In this document: positions 59,655 to 64,000 of the stretch, in pieces
Numbering within the stretch: position 1 is the first letter of the stretch
Layout: each line of letters opens with the position of its first letter
Source of the DNA: Nemertoderma westbladi
Taxonomy: Eukaryota > Animalia > Xenacoelomorpha
Direction of reading: 5' to 3'
Length of the DNA: 64,000 nt
Assembly: GCA_032718475.1 (NCBI GenBank)
Contig: JAUCBJ010006043.1
Span: 1 to 64,000 of the forward strand
Made by a program: the position numbers and the translations under genes
Notes under the pieces: model-generated
What the model saw: the letters and a program-made list of their open reading frames with translations, nothing else
What the model was told of the DNA's origin: nothing
The model's database searches: none

Positions 59655-61009
59655 ATTTGATTTGTACAGTTGAATGCCTACTGCTATATTACAGTTAAAG
59701 CAAATCTAGTAATTCAGTATCAATTGTTAGCCTAGTGATTAATTACCGATATCGTTACTCTATGTAACGTGTTATATATACAATATATTAGAATACCGGT
59801 ATGCTTATAGTATATATAAGTATTATTACAGACTAGGTTTGTCATAGGATACCGGTATGTAATTTCAGCACAAATATATATAAATATATAATAGGCCTAT
59901 CGTGAATACCGGTATACAGCTTACACTTATAGTATATATATAAGTATAATTACAGACTAGAATTGATTACAGAATACCGGTATGATTTCAGCCTAAATTT
60001 ATAGAAATAAATATAATAAGCCTATGGTAAATACCGGTATGTCAATTATTTTGGAATAATTTAATTTCTGAATTTTAGGGGTTACTTGGTTACTTTAACT
60101 TACTTTATTACCGTTATTTAAGCAGTAGTCCAACTGATATTAAGACCTAATTGTTGTATGGCAGGCCTACTATTTTATAAATCGGTTTGAGTTGATTTAT
60201 AATATATATACCCGTTTTAATGGGTTTTTGTCAATATTTGAAATAAATGTTATTATTTCTGGGAAAGAGTCACCTCACAGAAGCTGTGCGCTCTCAGTGA
60301 AGTGCTACTTGTTGGACACTAAAACAAATAATTATAATTTACCTAAGTTACTTAATACTACAAATTACATACAATTCGGGGTGAGATTACAATCTCTAAA
60401 TAAACACAAAAATTACACGTACGAATTTTTAGGCTAATTTTACAAGAAGTCTACAAACCAGCCTAACAAAGGGTTAGATTATCTGGTTATTACAACGGAC
60501 AGAGTACTACGGTATTTGAAAATAACTAAGCAGTAGTAAATATACTGCGTTGTCCAGATAGGAAAATACCACCGTCTGACGACTTATAGCCGTATCGCTA
60601 TAAGTACTACGTTATGTATCACGGAGTGTTCCTACCTACAGACCTAGAAGTTAATTACCGCAGTCTACCAGAACCAACGTGCCTATTAACCACTTTACAA
60701 CACAAATATACTGCCTATACACTAATTACCTTCGGGAAGCACTGTACACTAAACCCTAAATTAGGTACAAGTACTTATACAACAAATAATCAGTAGTTAA
60801 AATACTTGAACAGCTAAAAGAACCACGGTATCTGCTGGAGTGACCGGGGCACAAAATCACCAGTCTTTACCTACGCCAAGCAGCCCTGATGTAGTACCGG
60901 GGTTAATTTAACTATAACGGTATATATAACAAGCACAATTACTGTAGGAATAAACTTGGGGGTATGAATGTTGCGAATAATCGCATAAACTCTGAATAAT
61001 AAATATTAC

Positions 61010-61595
61010 GCTACCCGTACAAACTACTCAAACAAAATACAAACCAAACGCTGGCAGACTACTATCAAGCCTAAATAAACTACAGTATGTGCAGACTCCG
61101 AAATGGTTAGTTAGTATGCGTTCTAACCGAGTAGTACGACTTATTCTTTCGGGGGGGGGGGGGGATTTACCTTACAGTACTGGATGCCCCTACTTTCCTA
61201 ACCGGCACTTTATCGGACATACACTCCACACACACTACAATCTCTTCAGACCTAACAACAGCCAGACAACAATCTAGCCTATAAATTATCTGAATAAGAA
61301 ATATTACGGTACCTGTACAGACTACACAAACAAAATACAGACTAAACGCTGGCAGACTACTATCAAGTCTAAATAAATTACAGTACATGCAGACTCCGAA
61401 ATGGTTAGTTAGTATGCGTTCTAACCTAGTAGTACGACTTATTCTTTCGGGGGGGGGGATTTACCTTACAGTACTGGATGCCCCTACTTTCCTAACCGGC
61501 ACTTTATCGGACATACACTCTACATGCACTGCAATCCGTTCAGACCTATCAACAGTCAGACAACAGTCCAGCCTACAAATTATCTGTACGATCTG
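61010..61595. repeat. ~300-bp tandem duplication in the 5' UTR of E
   Basis: GCAGACTCCGAAATGGTTAGTTAGTATGCG... at ~61091 and ~61389. Confidence 0.85.
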
Positions 61596-61931
61596 AGCAG
61601 GCTTACACGTCTTCTGCTCAATATTAGCCTACAGATGAATAAAACTGACAGAAATAAGTAAACCATACAAAGGAATAAGGGGTGATCAATCCCTAATCCC
61701 CTAACAGCCTACAATATACAATATATCACAATCGAAATATACTAGTACCTTTACTGCTGTAAGTACCGGTTCCGGTGGTTAGGTAGTTAGGCCTACAGGT
61801 TACCGGTCGACCGGTACTTTTCAACTTTATTGCTTACTGCAATAAAGAAGCAATAACTGTTACTGTTCTTACCAGAACAATAGTAAACTGTATTTATTGC
61901 CTACACTGCAATCAGAGTTTATAACTGTTAT

Positions 61932-63093
61932 TGTTCGCGCTTTTAGACCTTAGGCAGTTTAACCCGCCTAATTTAGGTGTCTTTTAGTTTGTAAATCGAC
62001 TTTAGCCTACGACGAGTATTTGATACACAACATTAGCCGAAGCCAGCCTATGCGCGATCATTCACCCGCTGGATATACCCGGGAGACTGGATTCGGGGGC
62101 TCTGACCTTATTGCGGTGTAGGCCTACTGTATTATTCGATTGATCATTAATATATAATCTCTGACAAATATTATTCACTTTCGGGAAATATTAACAGTTC
62201 CCTTTGGACATGGCGCTCTAAATATATAAACAGAGCTATGACTTACACTAAACACAACGGGATGGCTAATGATTCACGTATAAGGCGCATTCTTTAGGAG
62301 ATGCTTTGTTATCTGTCACAGTCATGCACACTACCGGTACCGCACAAAACTGCACACTGATCTGCCGACCTTCACTAATTTTAGTCACATATAAAGAGAA
62401 CAGCAATTGACCCATGTAGTACCTATGAAATAGCATTAGATTCACTCCAAAACCAATATCATATAAGTCGCAATTGCTATATGTAACCGGTCTCTTACCT
62501 TCAGTATATCAAGAAGATGGGGTTTTATGATTATTTCTCGATATTATCCAAATATAACAATTTTCCATCAATAGATACAATTAATAACCGACAGTAAATA
62601 GCAGTAAAATAATGCGGTGAAAGATATGTATTGCATTTGACAGGCAGGATAACAGTTATACGTTCCGGTAATCAAAGCCGTTCTAATGTTTTGGCTAAAG
62701 TCTGAAACAGAATAATTCCATAGCCGATGTTCATGGCATCAGGAAAACCAACACACTGAAACCTGTGGGCTGTTGTAGGCAGCTTTCAACACAAAGAGAA
62801 ATAGCTCTCATTGGCAGAACTCCAGATTCTATAGGTTCCACGAACGTCTAAATGCCAAACCTCCCTAGCCTTTGCAGCCCATAGCCAACACAAGGCTAAA
62901 TCGCTCTGATTGGTCGATCATTGTTCTGATTGGTTAATCGAACAGAACAAAGAGGCCATACGTACAGCAAATCGGCCAATCAGCCAGCAGAATGCATCAC
63001 TCGAGCAAGGCAGTTTTAGAGTATTTGAGCGCATTGAGGGAAAACTGGATTGCGGAGAAAAAGGGCCAGTTACATCCCGCAAAAGCTTTTACA
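61932..63093 (-). repeat. 5' LTR of E
   Basis: Direct repeat of 51954-53083; flanked by TSD. Confidence 0.93.
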
Positions 63094-63350
63094 GAACTCT
63101 TAAGCAATATAACTTCATAGTTTTGCGGATTGTAAATAACAAAGCTAGAGAAGATGTTAATTTTCAAATAATACGCCCTCTAGCGGCAGACAGGGGAACT
63201 TCAGACTACTCTATGACTCCGCAAAAGATATGGCCTATGCCGTAGCAGATGCCGATTGGGGGGGGGGGGGGGGTCAAAATTAAGTAATAATATATCTAAA
63301 TAAGCCTCAAACATCTTAGAACTCTTAAGCAATATAACTTCATAGTTTTT
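63093..63350. repeat. ~225-bp tandem repeat into which E inserted (also 51795-51930)
   Basis: GCCCTCTAGCGGCAGA..GGGGAACTTCAGACTACTCT at ~51796 and ~63176; AGAACTCTTAAGCAATATAACTTCATAG at 63093 and 63318. Confidence 0.75.
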
Positions 63351-63394
63351 AAGTAAAACTGGTAAATGAGATGTGTTAATTACGCATACCTCGC

Positions 63395-64000
63395 TGTTCG
63401 CGCTTTCGAAGACCTTTAGCAGTTTAACCTGCCAAAATTTATATGTCTTTTAGTTAATTAAAACCACTTTAGCATACGACAATAATTTATGCTAATACGC
63501 AAAACATTAGCCGAAGTCAGCCCATGCGCGATCATTCACCCGATGGATCTACACCCGGGAGACTGAATTCGGATGCTTGAATTGTATTATTACAGTGTAA
63601 GGTTGCAGTGTATACCTAATGTATTATTCGATAGATAGTTAATGATTAATCTCTGACAGGTATTATTGGCTTTCGGGAAATATTAACAGTTCCTTTAGGA
63701 CGTGGCGCTTTATCTATTTAAACAGAACTAGGACTTATACTAAACGCAACGATACTGCTTGGGATTGAAGTATAAAGCGTATTCTTTAGGAAATACTTTG
63801 TTACCAATCACAATCATACACACTATTCTGCCGACAGTCAGTACATTTGATCACACATAAAGAGAGCAGTAATTGACTCACGTAGGGTCTGCTAAATAAC
63901 ATTGGATTCAATACACACCACATTAATATAAATCGCAATTGTTATATATAGCCGGTCTCTCTAACCTGTAGTGTTATCAAGAAAATTGGGAATTGGGTGA
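63395..64000 (-). repeat. Diverged LTR of an E-related family (runs off the window)
   Basis: Starts TGTTCGCGCTTT and is colinear with 61932-62520, with many substitutions. Confidence 0.85.

Larger units (their letters stand above)
51954..63093 (-). mobile_element. BEL/Pao element E: both LTRs present, non-autonomous (RT and IN cores deleted)
   Basis: LTRs 61932-63093 and 51954-53083 (TGTAAAAGC...CGCGAACA on minus), TSD GAACT (51949-51953, 63094-63098), PPT-like GGGAGCGG. Confidence 0.93.

Overview
Eukaryotic, probably invertebrate, heterochromatin-like DNA made almost entirely of nested transposable elements; no host gene is recognisable. From 1 to 11 kb it holds hAT-type MITEs (one nested in another copy of itself), an RTE fragment, a ~52-bp satellite and two copies of a CR1-group LINE. 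From 11 to 64 kb it holds six BEL/Pao LTR retrotransposons or remnants. A (11185-19357, -) is deleted and truncated. F (~20090-23305, -) is a pol remnant. B (23306-~29670, +) is interrupted by a full-length LINE. C (31863-50949, +, TSD AACAA) is complete, with the young element D (37526-44155, +) nested inside it. E (51954-63093, -, TSD GAACT) is internally deleted. A 1.9-kb inverted duplication joins the A/F/B region. The best candidate for an undescribed system is the accessory ORFs between integrase and the 3' LTR. Element A encodes an intact 866-aa protein with a WRN/EXD/Mut-7-like DEDDy 3'-5' exonuclease-fold domain plus a triple Cys/His zinc-knuckle module. Element C, whose sequence is otherwise distinct, carries a homologous knuckle ORF at the same position. 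A's LTR also contains an array of apparently structured RNA cassettes, and one 24-nt hairpin from it recurs exactly inside the accessory ORF. All assignments come from reading motifs by eye; no searches were run.
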